Origin: Dipteris shenzhenensis
Taxonomy: Eukaryota
Direction: 5' to 3' (one strand)
Assembly: GCA_047967505.1 (NCBI GenBank)
Contig: CM106538.1
DNA length: 64,000 bases
Every line of letters begins with the position of its first letter. Position 1 is the first letter of the stretch. The notes beneath the pieces were generated by a model. It searched no databases. It was not told the DNA's origin and saw nothing but the letters and a program-made list of their open reading frames with translations. This document shows, in pieces, positions 39,149 through 52,499 of this stretch. The position numbers and the translations under genes are program-made.

Positions 39149-42061
39149 ATGGGTTCTCAAAGCCGTAGAGCTAGTAGACGTGAAAGATGTAGGAACCCCC
39201 CCCCAAATCTCATTGACGAGGAGCGCAAGCGAAAGGCTCGTGAGCGCAAGAGAGCCTCTAGAGCTCGAGCTCGCGCTGCCACCACTGATCCACCTCCAGC
39301 TCTACCTCTACATCCCACCTCCACCCCCACCCCCACCTCCATTGTCCCCCCATGCTCATCCGCTCCCCTACCTCTAGCCTCCGCCCTTCCCCTAGCCACC
39401 TACATTTTGGCCTCCACCTCTACCTCTTCCCCCTCCACCCTCCCCCCTCCCCCTCCCCCCGCTCTGCTTGGCGCCTCCCTTCCCCCGTCCACCCTACCAT
39501 CTCCCATTGATCCCATTGCCCCACCTTACAGTAGCAGTGTTGCTTCACGACGTGACTTGCCGAAGTCCACTATCCGTCGTCGTGCTAGCAAGATTGTGCA
39601 GTCTTTTTTTTGTGACCTCACGCCAGCTTCGCCGTCTTCTCTTCTTACGTCCCTGATTGATCACCCTGACTTGGTAGAGTGTAGGAGGCTTGCTGGTCTT
39701 GGTGCACGTAGAGATAGGGTTGTATCTAGCGAGGTCCTTAGCAGTGTTCGACGTTCCTATGCTTCTATTAAGCATAGGAACTCCAGTGATGCCTTGGCAG
39801 CACGTCGTGCTATTGTGGCTGCCATTAGTAGACCTCATATGATAGGCCATGTGCGTACCGCTTCACGTCTTCTTCAGATTGCACCGTGCACATTGCGAGC
39901 AGGCATCATTAGGAGGCAGAGTCTAGAGGATAGTGAGACTGATGCTCTTTGGGCTTCGAGTGGTCGTGCACCTCGCTGCGATCGATTGTTGGATGATTCC
40001 ACTAGGTCCTTCATACAACAGTTTTGGGAGGAGCATTGCAGAGCATCCCCGGTGTTCAAGAAGGCATTGCGGAAGAGGGTGTCACGCGGTGTGTACATTG
40101 AGCATGGTGCATGTTTTTTGGAGTGTACCCAGACTGAGTTGTACACTCAGTTTGTAGAGGTGCACCCGGAGTTCAAGATTGGGCAGAGGTCATTTGAGCG
40201 ATGCAGGCCATGGTTTGTGCGATGCTCTCAGGAGCGTGACACATGCTGTTATCGCTACCATGTGGATTTTGGATTGATGTATGACATATTCCGTTCCCTT
40301 GATGGTCATAGGGGAGTGGTTCCTACTAGCCCTCGCGACTTCATTCATTCCATATTGTGTACACGAGATGGTGATGCTTTATTCCACTCCCTTGATTGTG
40401 TGGAAGGCACGTGTACTTTGTGTGGTGACTTTGCCAGAGTGCCACGAGTTGCACTAGATACTTGTGATGTGCAGATGGTTTGTTGGCAGCAGTATGAGTA
40501 CTGTACCTTGACATTAGATGGTGGTGCACAGTCGAGGAGGTTGCAGCTTGTGGGGAAGGAGACACCACGTGTTGTATTCATTGACTATTTTCGAGGGAAG
40601 CTGTACCGCTACATACACCACTCGCACACTGCGAAATGGGAGGATCGTCAGTTTCGTGCATGTTTGAGGACATTTCCTATAGGGGTGGTTGTCTCAGTGG
40701 TGGACTTTGCGGAGAATTACACCTTTGCACCACAGCATGAGATCCAATCGGAGTATTATTTCTCCGAACAGGTGACGTGTGATTGAGTATTGATTTTTTC
40801 CCCGCCTCATTATATTGAATTATTTCAATAGTCATATTTTTTTTTCAATGCCATATTGCAGGTTGCTATATTTGTGCACATTAGCTATCGTCATGCACAG
40901 GCTCATGTGGATGGCATTGATAGCACCATGGACTCACGCATCATTGTGCGAGAGTATCACTTCTACATTAGTGATGATCGATCGCATGATGCCCATTTTG
41001 TGCAGCATTGCTTCACTTTGCATGATAGTTTCTTGAGGGATCATGGTGTCACATGGCAGCGGCGCTGGATTTGGTCAGACGGTTGCGGCGGTCAGTTCAA
41101 ATCCGCTAGACAGTTTTATTGGTTCTGCAGATGGCACCGTGAGACAGGCATTCCGATCACATGGAGCTACTTCGAGACAGGGCACGGTAAGGGAGAGCAC
41201 GATGGTGCAGGTGCTTGCGTGAAGCGTGCTTTGCGTCGATACCAGTTGCGTCACAGTGCCGATCGCTTCAAGGATGCACATGATGTGGTGCGGTGGTGCA
41301 GCCAGCACTTATCCACTAGTGCTACGTCCTCGTTTCAGTCGCGTGACGATAGGGTGGTGAGCCGGTATTTTTGGTGCGTGGACATTGGGAGTCTTGATCG
41401 GTCGAGGCCTTTCGATTGTCGTTCTGTGCCTGGCACTCTTGATTTCCATTCCATCAGGAGTGTAGGTGAGTCTCACCCTGCGATCTTTTCTCGACGGTTT
41501 GCATGTTTTTGCTCTGCATGCATTGATGATGATTGGGGAGGGTGCTCCATGATACCATGGGCCGATCCATGGATACGGCGAGTGCTTTCTCCCTTCCAGC
41601 CTTGGGAGGAGATACATGATGATCAGGATGCGGGATTCAGTTCCTCTAGAGATTATGACCAGCTTACAGATATTTTGCGTATTGGTGATATCTTCGCGGT
41701 TATTGCTTCGGAGGGCAATGAGGAGGGTGTGGATTATTACTTGTTGCGATGCTCTATGCTGAAGAGTGTGCTGAATGAGGATACAGTGGATGGGCATGGG
41801 ATGCACTTCAATGCTCATAGCATGATTGTCGGTGGCCACTATTTTCAGCAGATACAGAGGCGTGGTCGCTATATTGAGTTCCAGGAGTACATGGCGGATC
41901 GGGAGGCATACATGTATTCTCATCTTGTTGTTGGGATCAAGATTACTTTGAGTCGTGTTCGCACTCGCAAGGCGACGTCCACTCCACGATGGCGCCTTGC
42001 AGTGGCGGATCACGAGAGCATACTTGCAACTATTGGCATGAGAGCTGATCCTGAGGAGTAG
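39149..42061 (+). CDS. DDD transposase, Sola2-like, ~940 aa; exons 39149-40771 and 40862-42061
   Basis: Phase-0 GT-AG intron 40772-40861 joins ...QHEIQSEYYFSEQ|VAIFVH...; catalytic-type motifs VVDFAENY, WSDGCGGQFKS and GHGKGEHDG; upstream FERCRPWFV...TCCYRYH; C-terminal CFCSAC...C; no internal stops. Confidence 0.85.
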
Positions 42062-42394
42062 CACATTACATATCTTATTTTTTGGGATCATCAGTTGATC
42101 AGATTGATTTTTATTGGGTATCACTAGTTGATTACACTTTTTTGTATTCGATATGTATTGGCTCACTGTGTGACCGTACCATTGTAATTTTCATGGACTC
42201 ATATTTTGTATTTCACTATGATGGCTGTATACACGTTCATACACATCATTGTATTAGATTCTATTTTTAACATGATGTCCGATGTCTTCTCAATGGGATT
42301 TGTTGTGTTTGTAATACAAAAAATTGTTTATTAGTAGTAATGTTGTAATTTGTTTTGTGCATTAGGACATTTTAAAAACGTGACTAAGAAAATA

Positions 42395-44463
42395 GCGCAC
42401 GTACTAACGAAATACGCGTGTGGACTTGCTTGTTGGGGATGAAACTTTGCACGACTCTTAGGCCACCCTAGCCAATAGTCCACGCGAGATTTGGTCTGAA
42501 TTGATTTGGTGTGCGCCACGTGGAAGGTACAATGCGTACATTTTTACAATCCCTACTAGCACTCGTGACTACGTATGAGCTATGGCGCATGTACTAACGA
42601 AATGCGCGTGTGGACTTATCTGTTGGGAATGAAACTTCGCACAACTCTTAGGCCACCCTAGACATACATCCACGCAAGATTTGTTCTCCAACTTATTTGG
42701 TATGCGCCACGTGGAAGGTATAATGCGTTCATTTTTACAATCCCTACTAGCACGACTACGTGTGAGAAATGGCGCACGTACTAACCAAATATGCATGTGG
42801 ACTTATCTGTTGGAGATTAAACTTTGCACGGCTCTTAGGTTACCGTAGACGTACATCCACGCAAGATTTGGTGCCCAACTGATTTGGTATGCGCCACGTG
42901 GAAGGTACAATGCGTACATTTTTGCAATCCCTACTAGCACGACTACGTATGAGCTATGGCGCATGTAATGAGGAAATACGCGTGTGGACTTATCTGTTGG
43001 AAATGAAACTTCGCACGACTCTTAGGCTACCGTAGGCGTACATCCACGCAAGATTTGGTGCCCAACTGATTTGGTATGCGCCACATGGAAGGACAGTTGC
43101 GTACATTTTTACAATCCCTACTAGCACTCGTGACTACGTATGAAAAATGGCGCACGTACTAATGAAATACACACGTGGACTTATCTGTTGGGGACGAAAC
43201 TTCACACGCCTCTTAAGCTACCCTAGATGTACATCCATGCAAGATTTGGTCTCCAACTGATTTGGTATGCGCCACGTGGAAGGACAAATGCATACATTTT
43301 TACAATTTCTACTAGCACGACTAAACCCTAAACCCTAAACCCTGGACCCTAAATCCTAAACCCTGTTGGGCATGAAACTTCACACGCCTCTTAGGCTACC
43401 CTAGACGTACATCCACGCAAGATTTGGTCTCCAACTGATTTTGTTTGTGCCATGTAGAAGCAATCCCTACTAGCACGGCTAAACCCTAAACCCTAAACCC
43501 TAAACCCTGGACCCTAAATCCTAAACCCTGTTGGGGACGAAACTTCACACGCCTCTTAGGCTACCCTAGACGTACATCCACGCAAGATTTGGTCTCCAAC
43601 TGATTTGGTTTGCGCCATGTAGAAGCAATCCCTACTAGCACGGCTAAACCCTAAACCCTAAACCCTAAACCCTGGACCCTAAATCCTAAACCCTGTTGGG
43701 GACGAAACTTCACACGCCTCTTAGGCTACCCTAGACGTACATCCACGCAAGATTTGGTCTCCAACTGATTTAGTTTGCGCCATGTAGAAGCAATCCCTAC
43801 TAGCACGGCTAAACCCTAAACCCTAAACCCTAAACCCTGGACCCTAAATCCTAAACCCTGTTGGGGACGAAACTTCACACACCTCTTAGGCTACCCTAGA
43901 CGTACATCCACGCAAGATTTGGTCTCCAACTGATTTTGTTTGCGCCATGTAGAAGCAATCCCTACTAGCACGGCTAAGCCCTAAACCCTAAACCCTAAAC
44001 CCTGGACCCTAAATCCTAAACCCTGTTGGGGACGAAACTTCACACGCCTCTTAGGCTACCCTAGACGTACATCCACGCAAGATTTGGTCTCCAACTGATT
44101 TAGTTTGCGCCACGTAGAAGCAATCCCTACTAGCACGGCTAAACCCTAAACCCTAAACCCTGGACCCTAAATCCTAAACCCTGTTGGGGATGAAACTTCA
44201 CACGCCTCTTAGGCTACCCTAGACGTACATCCACGCAAGATTTGGTCTCCAACTGATTTGGTTTGCGCCACGTAGAAGCAATCCCTACTAGCACGGCTAA
44301 ACCCCAAACCCTAAACCCTAAACCCTGGACCCTAAATCCTAAACCCTGTTGGGGACGAAACTTCACACGCCTCTTAGGCTACCCTAGACGTACATCGACG
44401 CAAGATTTGGTCTCCAACTGATTTGGTTTGCGCGACGTAGAAGCAATCCCTACTTGCACGACT
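42395..44463. repeat. Tandem satellite: about five ~188-bp monomers, then seven ~165-bp monomers containing (CCCTAAA)n
   Basis: GTACTAAC-like anchors near 42401, 42591, 42778, 42964 and 43156; CCCTGTTGGG anchors at 43361, 43526, 43691, 43856, 44021, 44179 and 44344. Confidence 0.93.
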
Positions 44464-45992
44464 ACACGTTAGCGTACCACCAAAGTCAAAAGAAAATAGT
44501 AAAATTAAATTGTGGCCTAACATGTCACACCTTCCTTGTACTCCCATACATGAGTGGAGTTTAAAAGGGAGAAGTGGGATTGTTAATATGTGTATATTTT
44601 TTTGGTGCATAGCCTGTGCAACAACCCTTTCTTTTTACATAAACCAAATACCAACACTTTTCCTTATACCAACCGCCAATCCTTTCTCTTGTACATAAAC
44701 CACTAAATGCAAAAGAAAATAGTGAAATAAAATGGTGGGCTAGCATGCTACACCTTCCTTGTATTCCCGTATACATGCATTAATTGCCAATTGTGTTGAT
44801 TTCTCTTCTTTATGTTCATTATCTTTTATACATGCATAATAATTAGATTGGTGCATTGGCAAATGTCATATTAAGGAAATTGAAATAGTCCTTAGAAACT
44901 TGGAAGGCATATGCGATTGTGATTTGGAAGGCACATGTGATTGTGGTTCGAATATGACAAATAATTAGGTCTTGTTTTCTTTGATCACCAATTAGCACAA
45001 GTATTGTTAACAATAACAGACAAATTAAACACTGAGTCATAATAAATAACAGCAAAATCATGCAGAGGACAAGTCTAACTCCATTTTTGAAAAAAATCCC
45101 CTAAAAATTTATATTTTTTAAAAATTGTAGGGACAAAATATACGCTTCATGTCAATAATATTAAAAAACTAGAATTGTGAAAAAAGAATGCATAAAATAT
45201 TACTTATATTTTATTGCAGAACCTAAAAATGTCTAGTATTACCATTTGCAAAAAGTATTCTCTCCTTTAATTTAAAAAACATGACAAATTGCAAAGGAGA
45301 AGAAACTGCTTCATTCAACTAAGAGAGTTGCTAGAGCTTTTTCTTTGAAATACCAATCGTTTTCTATGCAAGTGCCCATATCAAATTGAAAGTTGGTAAA
45401 ATTGATGTTACTTTAATATCTAATTTCATTTGATGAAACAATTTTACATTGGGCTATGGCATTGTCTAAAAAAAGTAATTTTCTTTTTATACAAATTAGT
45501 TTATCAAATGGTTGAATTTCAACATATTTTGATATTAAGATCGGAAGGCTAGATTTGGAAGCATGAATATGACAATAGTTGTCTTTTTGAAAAATTGATG
45601 AAAATTTGGATTTTGAAACACACTTTATTGACAAACATGAATAGAATAAAATTTTTGTTTAAGAAATGAAAAACTTTTATCCGCAAAATAAAATTTTCAT
45701 CCAAAATAAGATGAATTTTGATATGTTTAATGTTTAATGTTTGCAATTAATGTTTAATGTTTACAATTACTTCACATGGCATTCTTTTTTGAATACCTTA
45801 TGTATTAAACAAACTATAAACTGAGATAAACTGAGATAAACAAAGTGTGAAGAACATCATGAAAGTACGAAAATGCTCATACATCATAAAAGTGGGAACA
45901 ATATCATGAAAGTACCAAAATGAATCTGTACATCATCATCATCATGCTACAAAAGTGCATCCCTATACAAGAAACGTGTGAAGCCTAAACAA

Positions 45993-48900
45993 TCAATCTG
46001 AATCTGAATCTGATAACTCTACATATGATCCTCTAGTGGAACGATGACGTGGCTCCTGTATGACTCGCTGCCCAACCGTCCGCTGTGTGCCCTCAGGCAA
46101 TGCCGGCTCAGATGGGCCAGCCTCATCACCTGCATGAGATGGGCCAGCCTCATCCTGATGAGGAGGAGGGCATGCTGCACGCGCCACTGCTGCCATCTCT
46201 GCATCCCTCGCCTCCTCTATGTACGCGCGTCTCAGCTCCCATAGCCGTGCATCTGCGAATACTCGTGCCTCAAATCCAGCGCGAGTAATCGTCTCTACAT
46301 GTGCAATACGCTGGTCTCGGCCCCGCCCTAGCTGCTGCTCCACCCACTGCTGCAATGATGTCTGCAGCTCTGCCTCTCGCTCAATCCGGCGTGCCTCCTC
46401 CGCTCGTGCCTCGTCACCTGGCATGAAGTCATCGTACGAAAAGCGGCGTGGAACGCATGATGCAACCACTGATGTATCCGCACCCTCCTGCATCAGCAAT
46501 GCTCTCTGTGCCTCCTCCCTGTAGTGCTCTGTTAGGACTACACGGGCGAATGGATCAACAGCCTGACGATGACCAGGATATAGATCATCCATGCCCAGTC
46601 CTCTGTATGTCGCCACATCAATGTCGGCAAAGCATACCAGGCACACTGAACGTGCCACCATGTGGCGGGTCATGCAGTGGAGATGTGCGATGTGGCCGCA
46701 CCCTAGACCAAACCACTCTACGGTGTCAAAGTCCTCGTGGCAGAGGACACAAGTGGAGGTAGGAAGCCTCGCTACGACTGCTGCGTCTATCGGTGTCCTA
46801 GTCGGCACATCTACAGGAGGAGCAGGGTATAGGGCCACACTGGGGTCGATCCTATGGCGTGACGGTGACAAAACATGTGTGCCTCAGGATCTATGGAGCA
46901 CTCTAAGGTGGATGAAACCTGTGTGGAAACATGATGAAGAGAGTGCTCATGACATGTATCTCAAGTCAATTAGGTTCCAAGATAGATTAGCTTGGACTCA
47001 TAAAGAGAATCTTGAGATAGTGCAAAGTGCTTGATTGAATTACTTCAAATGAACCTCCCTTTTATAGGTGAGGGTACTTACATCCATTTTGCTTGCTCAC
47101 ATGTGGGATATCTCCTCCATGCCATGTGGCAGCTTACCCTTTGCTCATACCTTTGCTCTACATGTGCTCATGGCACCACAACTCTCAACACCTCCCCTTG
47201 GTGCCATGATCCTTTGGCTACTACAAGGTGGTCAGATGTGAGTTACAAATCCATCACCTCCCCTTAGTGCATGCATGCTACTTAAGGTGGTCAAGTGTGG
47301 CTTCTACATGTCAATACCTCCCCTGGGTGCTTTCATAGCTACTCTCAGGTGGTCAGGTTTGATTACAAAACATAGGCAAGGTTGGCAAGGTTTTTGCTTT
47401 TCAATACATTCCATTGATGTCACCTTTTGGCTCATGGCTTGATGACGAATCGTTTGCTTCTTTGCTTGGAGTAGCTACCTGCATGATGCTTTGTTCTTCC
47501 ATGTGCCTTGATGCTTTATGTGTGGATGCCATGCTTTCTGCTATGGTCATCTCATGCACTTGTGCTTTTGGCATTCTTTTTACATCAATGTTTGCATTCA
47601 TGCTTTGCTTTTTCCAATGGTTGCAAAGGTCTTACCAATTGAATTCTTTCAATATTAGCAGTGTCTAATTGCATACAATGATTCTGATCTGACAAACGCG
47701 TAGAGCTCGAAAAGACGATCACTTTTCCTTTTTGGAGCGTGTGCAAATTCTTCTTGGATTGCAAGTTATGGCTTGTTGATGCTTTTGTGAAGAAGAAGGG
47801 CCTTTGATGATGTGGCACAGGGATTCACATGTTGAATTCTATACTGTGCTTAACAAAGGGCTCTGTGCTTAGGTGGCACTTAACTAATCCTACCCCTAAC
47901 CATGTGCCTTAACCATGGTTTAATTTAACCACACTAAACCTTATCTGCCACGTGGCATAGACTAGAGCACTGACCAGACTTGGTTCACTTAACCATGGTT
48001 TCTTTTGATCTACCACATGGCAAAAAACTGACAAAGCCCATACCTAACCGTACCTAGGGGGGGTTTACTTGACTAACCCTGTCTAAATCTGATCTGCCAC
48101 ATGTCAGGTAGTGAGAACCTTGGCTTGAACCTTTGGAGTTTCTGCTCATGGCGCGTCGTCGTCGTTGTTGCTCAGGCGGGTGAAGCCGCAGTTGTTGAAC
48201 ATGTCTCTAGATCCGGAGTTGTGAGCGCTTTCTTCCGTGGGCATTTGCAGTGGAGTCGAGGCGCTGTGACTTGGTGAAGCTTTGCGAGAAGGAGGCTGTG
48301 GAGCCTAGGCGCTGTTGCTGTGTGGAGGCGGAGCTGCAAGGGCTGGTCTGTTGGAGCGCTGCTGTGCGTCACGAGCTTACAAACTGCCTCCCCTGTCTCC
48401 AGCCCAATGGTTGGTGGTGATTGAGAGCGACGCCTGCCAGGGAAATGCTCTAGCTTCTCTCCATCACTTGCTTTGAAGTCTCCAACATGAGAGTCTCCTT
48501 CTAAATTCCGTAACAAATTACCACAGCAACTGTGTAGGGCTGCATTGCCTTTGTTGAGGTCGTCAGGCTACCGGTAGGGCTGGCGAGGTTGCAGACAGGT
48601 AGGCAGAAGCTTAAGCTGCTTCGTAAATGCTCATGACTCTAGGTCGTAGCCTTCCGAGTATCTCCCTCTCTTTCTCTTGGAGAAGAAGAATAGAGATGTT
48701 TCTCTCTCAATGAGCAAAAAAAAAGACCACTCAGGAAGAATGAACCTCACAAGAACTCTCATAGACACCCAAGAGAAAGAATGGAAATGTCTCACAAATG
48801 AACAAAGAGGAACTCTCCATGAGCAGACAACTAAAGAAATATGGACGGAATTTTCTCATCATGGGAATGAGAGAATGAACTCACTTGATCAAGAACACTC

Positions 48901-50450
48901 ACATTCTCTCAACCTAAACTAAAACTAATCTAGGAGAACTCTTGAGATCCTAAAGCATGCATACTACTAATCTAGACTTAGCTAAACCTATGCTCTGATA
49001 CCATGACAAAACATGTGTGCCTCAGGATCTATGGAGCACTCTAAGGTGGATGAAACCTGTGTGGAAACATGATGAAGAGAGTGCTCATGACATGTATCTC
49101 AAGTCAATTAGGTTCCAAGATAGATTAGCTTGGACTCATAAAGAGAATCTTGAGATAGTGCAAAGTGCTTGATTGAATTACTTCAAATGAACCTCCCTTT
49201 TATAGGTGAGGGTACTTACATCCATTTTGCTTGCTCACATGTGGGATATCTCCTCCATGCCATGTGGCAGCTTACCCTTTGCTCATACCTTTGCTCTACA
49301 TGTGCTCATGGCACCACAACTCTCAACAGACGGATCACGACTGATATGCCTCAACTGCAAGATATAGTGCTCTGCGCGATGGTATGCTATGCATGTCCGA
49401 ATCCTCTGCTCCTCCAAATCTGTCTGCAAGAGTCGTACGCGAGACTCCATCTCCTGACGCAAGAGTCGTACGCGAGACTCCATCTCCTGACGCAATAGAT
49501 GTGCCTGCAATGCAAACATGTCGCGTACATGGTGAGAATTAACCAAAAAACTTCAGTTCAAAACACGCTACAAAAAAATAAACTAACATAATCAAAATAA
49601 CTAACCTCATCCCTAGACTCGGCCAACACAGCCTCCAACTCTGCAATCCGTCTGTCTCGAGCCTCCAACTCGTGCTGAGGCGCCGTAGATGTGGGAGGTG
49701 GTGTAGATGTGGGACGCTCCATCGATGACCGAGGTGGGGGAGGTGGAATCGCAATAGATCTCGATAGGGCCGAGACCATGTGCTGCAAGGATGATGCCAC
49801 TGAATGAACATCTCCCCTAATCTGTCCTCCCACCGCTCGCAGTGCCGGTGCAGGGATGGTGTGCAACTCTGGTCCCTCGCGTCAACGCCGAACACCTACA
49901 ATCTGCCGCTCCTGGCGCCCCATCCTACCACGTCCCGCTCCTGATCCTGGACGGGTACTGAGGTAGTCCACCCGATGACCAAGGACAAACTCAACATAAA
50001 GCTGCATGGCAAACGACCTCGCTATCTGGCGGTTGTGAGGCAACCGACCACCATTCGCAGCAAGATATCTCGGATAAATGTGTGCTGCTATGATGGGGTG
50101 CCTACACCGTAAAATATGCAAGGGGAGCCCTGATCGTGGTCGCTGGCCCTCGGTGTGACCATCCCAAAACATGTCGTCCAAGGCCTCCCTGTGATGTGAC
50201 TCCCGCTCAAACAACTGTCGAATCGCTCTCCAATCCAAGCCACCACCAGTGATCTCCGCCTCGGCCTGTGCCTGAAAGCTATCCACAACATCCTCAACTG
50301 TCTCCAATCGACTCAGAGCCTCAATAACTGAATCCAGGCTCGCAACCAAGTGAGGGGGTGCCCTAGCATCCTGCAGTGCCCTCATCTCAGCTCTCAGCAT
50401 CTCTATCTGCATACGAATAGTGGTGCTAGAACCTATGCGCTGGCTGGCGC
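45993..50450 (-). pseudogene. Transposon cargo gene: coiled-coil plus RING-H2 zinc-finger protein, disrupted
   Basis: RING-H2 CVLC-x13-CGH-x2-H-x2-C-x10-CLVC in ORF 45993-46871; frame restored across the GACGG TSD (RDPS|RHRIDP); phase-0 GT-AG intron 49605-49505 (SRDE|AHLLRQE); in-frame TGA at 49882-49884. Confidence 0.8.
46866..49328 (-). mobile_element. Non-autonomous LTR retroelement family A copy 2 (2.46 kb)
   Basis: 325-bp LTRs 46866-47190 and 49004-49328, identical by eye; TSD GACGG; PBS at 48992-49003; PPT after 47190. Confidence 0.95.
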
Positions 50451-52499
50451 ATGCACAAAAAAAACACATGGAAATTAATATTCTATTTGGGTAATGAAAA
50501 TAATATTCTATTCAATATGACTTATAATCTATTTACGCAATGAAAACTATTTGTACGTACTCCTTGATGAGGTAGATCCTATGCACCTACCGACCGGTAG
50601 ATGGGCCAAATGTGTGGCTCAATATTAATCAATATTATTAATAATTCTTAATTTTGATTAGAATTTTTTCACTCTAGTCGTTGCATTTTAAAACTTACAT
50701 CTCTCAAGTATTTTCTCCTTATATGTTTCCCTTTTTTCACTTTCTAAGGTTTGGTTAATAAGACCTTCTTTGAATGCTTTACTGCCTTGGGTTTGCAATA
50801 GATATGGAGGAGATAGAAGGATACCTAATACATTACTTTGAACGATACACAAGCAAGGCGCATCTAGTATTTCTCGGACTACACATTAAAAATGAGAGCG
50901 GGTTCACACTACAGACCTTTTAAAGCGAGAACTTTGAGAAAATAATTAAGCCTTCTCAATATTATCTATTTTGGTTGGGCAATCCACCTCAACTACTGGC
51001 CATTCCTATAGATCATCACTTGGTTCAAGACATTTTGTATAAGACTCACTCGACTTCTAGTTGTAAAAATAGTTTTGGAATGAGATCATCCACATACGTA
51101 GCAACAACAAAGGGCACAAGATCCCTAGAAGAGGATTCAAAAACTTTGAAAATTAAATCCTTGGATGTCCCTATGCAATGGGAAGGGTTGCATACGATAA
51201 CTAATGTTAATTTTGGTTGAGCTCAAGTAATAAGCGTCACCGTTGCCTATGGTTGGACTAGCAAGAAAGAGACCACCCTTGCTTACAATGAAACTAGCAT
51301 ATAATTCCTTGAGCATGTGGTTGACATTCCATGTGTGACATAGTTTCAACGAGGGAAAGGAGATATGTAGCATCCGCACTATTTTGGTTATGAGGTGGTT
51401 CACGTGATTATTGATACAAAGTCTTTTTGGGAAAACATCTTAGTCGTTTGTAAAAGACAAGATAAATGTTGTTAACATTAGTCATAGGTTTCCCTACGGT
51501 GCAAAAAGGGATGTATGTGTGCCACATGGCGAGCTGCCATGTAGCAAACAACATGGAATGGGATGCTTCAAATGTCGACTCTTGAAGGTTATGGAGTTCT
51601 CTCTCTCTTAAGTCTCTTATCTATGATCATTAAGGGATGATTAGGAGAGATTCAGTCATTAACAGGCTCTATTTGAACTTAGGTCTATAGTTGATCAAAA
51701 CACTTGCATATATTAGCATGAATGTGGAATGAATATAGATCCACTAGAGTCCCATGTGCAATGAATGTTAGGTATTCTAGTTAAACTTTCAGTTTCTCTA
51801 TGGCGTATTTCTTTCTTCTTATACATATAAGAGAAGTAGATGAATTATGGAACTAGACAACAAACATGATCAAAGTGCTAGATCTAAAGCATGCCATAGT
51901 GATAGCATAAGAATCTCAAACAGTTTATAGGCACAGACCGTAATATTCAAGTTCTTGAAGACCCATCCAAATATTCTCAATCTTGTAATATTCTTTTTTC
52001 AGTTATGCTAGAGTCTATGCATAACTTAGAAGAATTAGACATTTGCAACTCCATGTCTTCTTAAGGTCTAAGCCACTATTTCATGTCTTCTTAAGGGATA
52101 TTGAAGATTTGGACTAAGCCACTATCTAGGCATTTCCAAGCTATAGCCTTATCATGCATGCTTAGTCTAATCAATCTATTGACTAATAGGGGACATATGC
52201 CTTCAACTTATTTCCTAGTAGAATCGATCCTTACTAATTGCCAAATAGTTAAAGGATGATTTATCATTAGTAATTTCCCAATATATTAGGGATGATTACC
52301 CAAGCTTAAACCTAGTTTCCTTCTAAAGAACTTGCTTGTCCCAAAGTGTCTAGTCAACTTCAAGCTTTGGTCACCAACCATGTCACTAGTCAATCTTTAA
52401 TGTCCAACTCCAATAGTTGACTAGTAGGTTTATGTTTGTGTATTAATTCGATAAGTCGAGCGAGTCTTATACAAAATGTCTTATTAATTTGATAAGTCG

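Noticed and set aside
41309-42166. 285-aa minus-strand ORF
   Set aside because: Antisense shadow of transposase exon 2 with no recognisable motif
43321-44350. True telomere or chromosome end
   Set aside because: Short degenerate blocks embedded in a 165-bp monomer, with ordinary sequence on both sides
50975-51403. Possible degenerate Gypsy integrase fragment within the DNA transposon
   Set aside because: Only a vague resemblance; no clear motifs or boundaries
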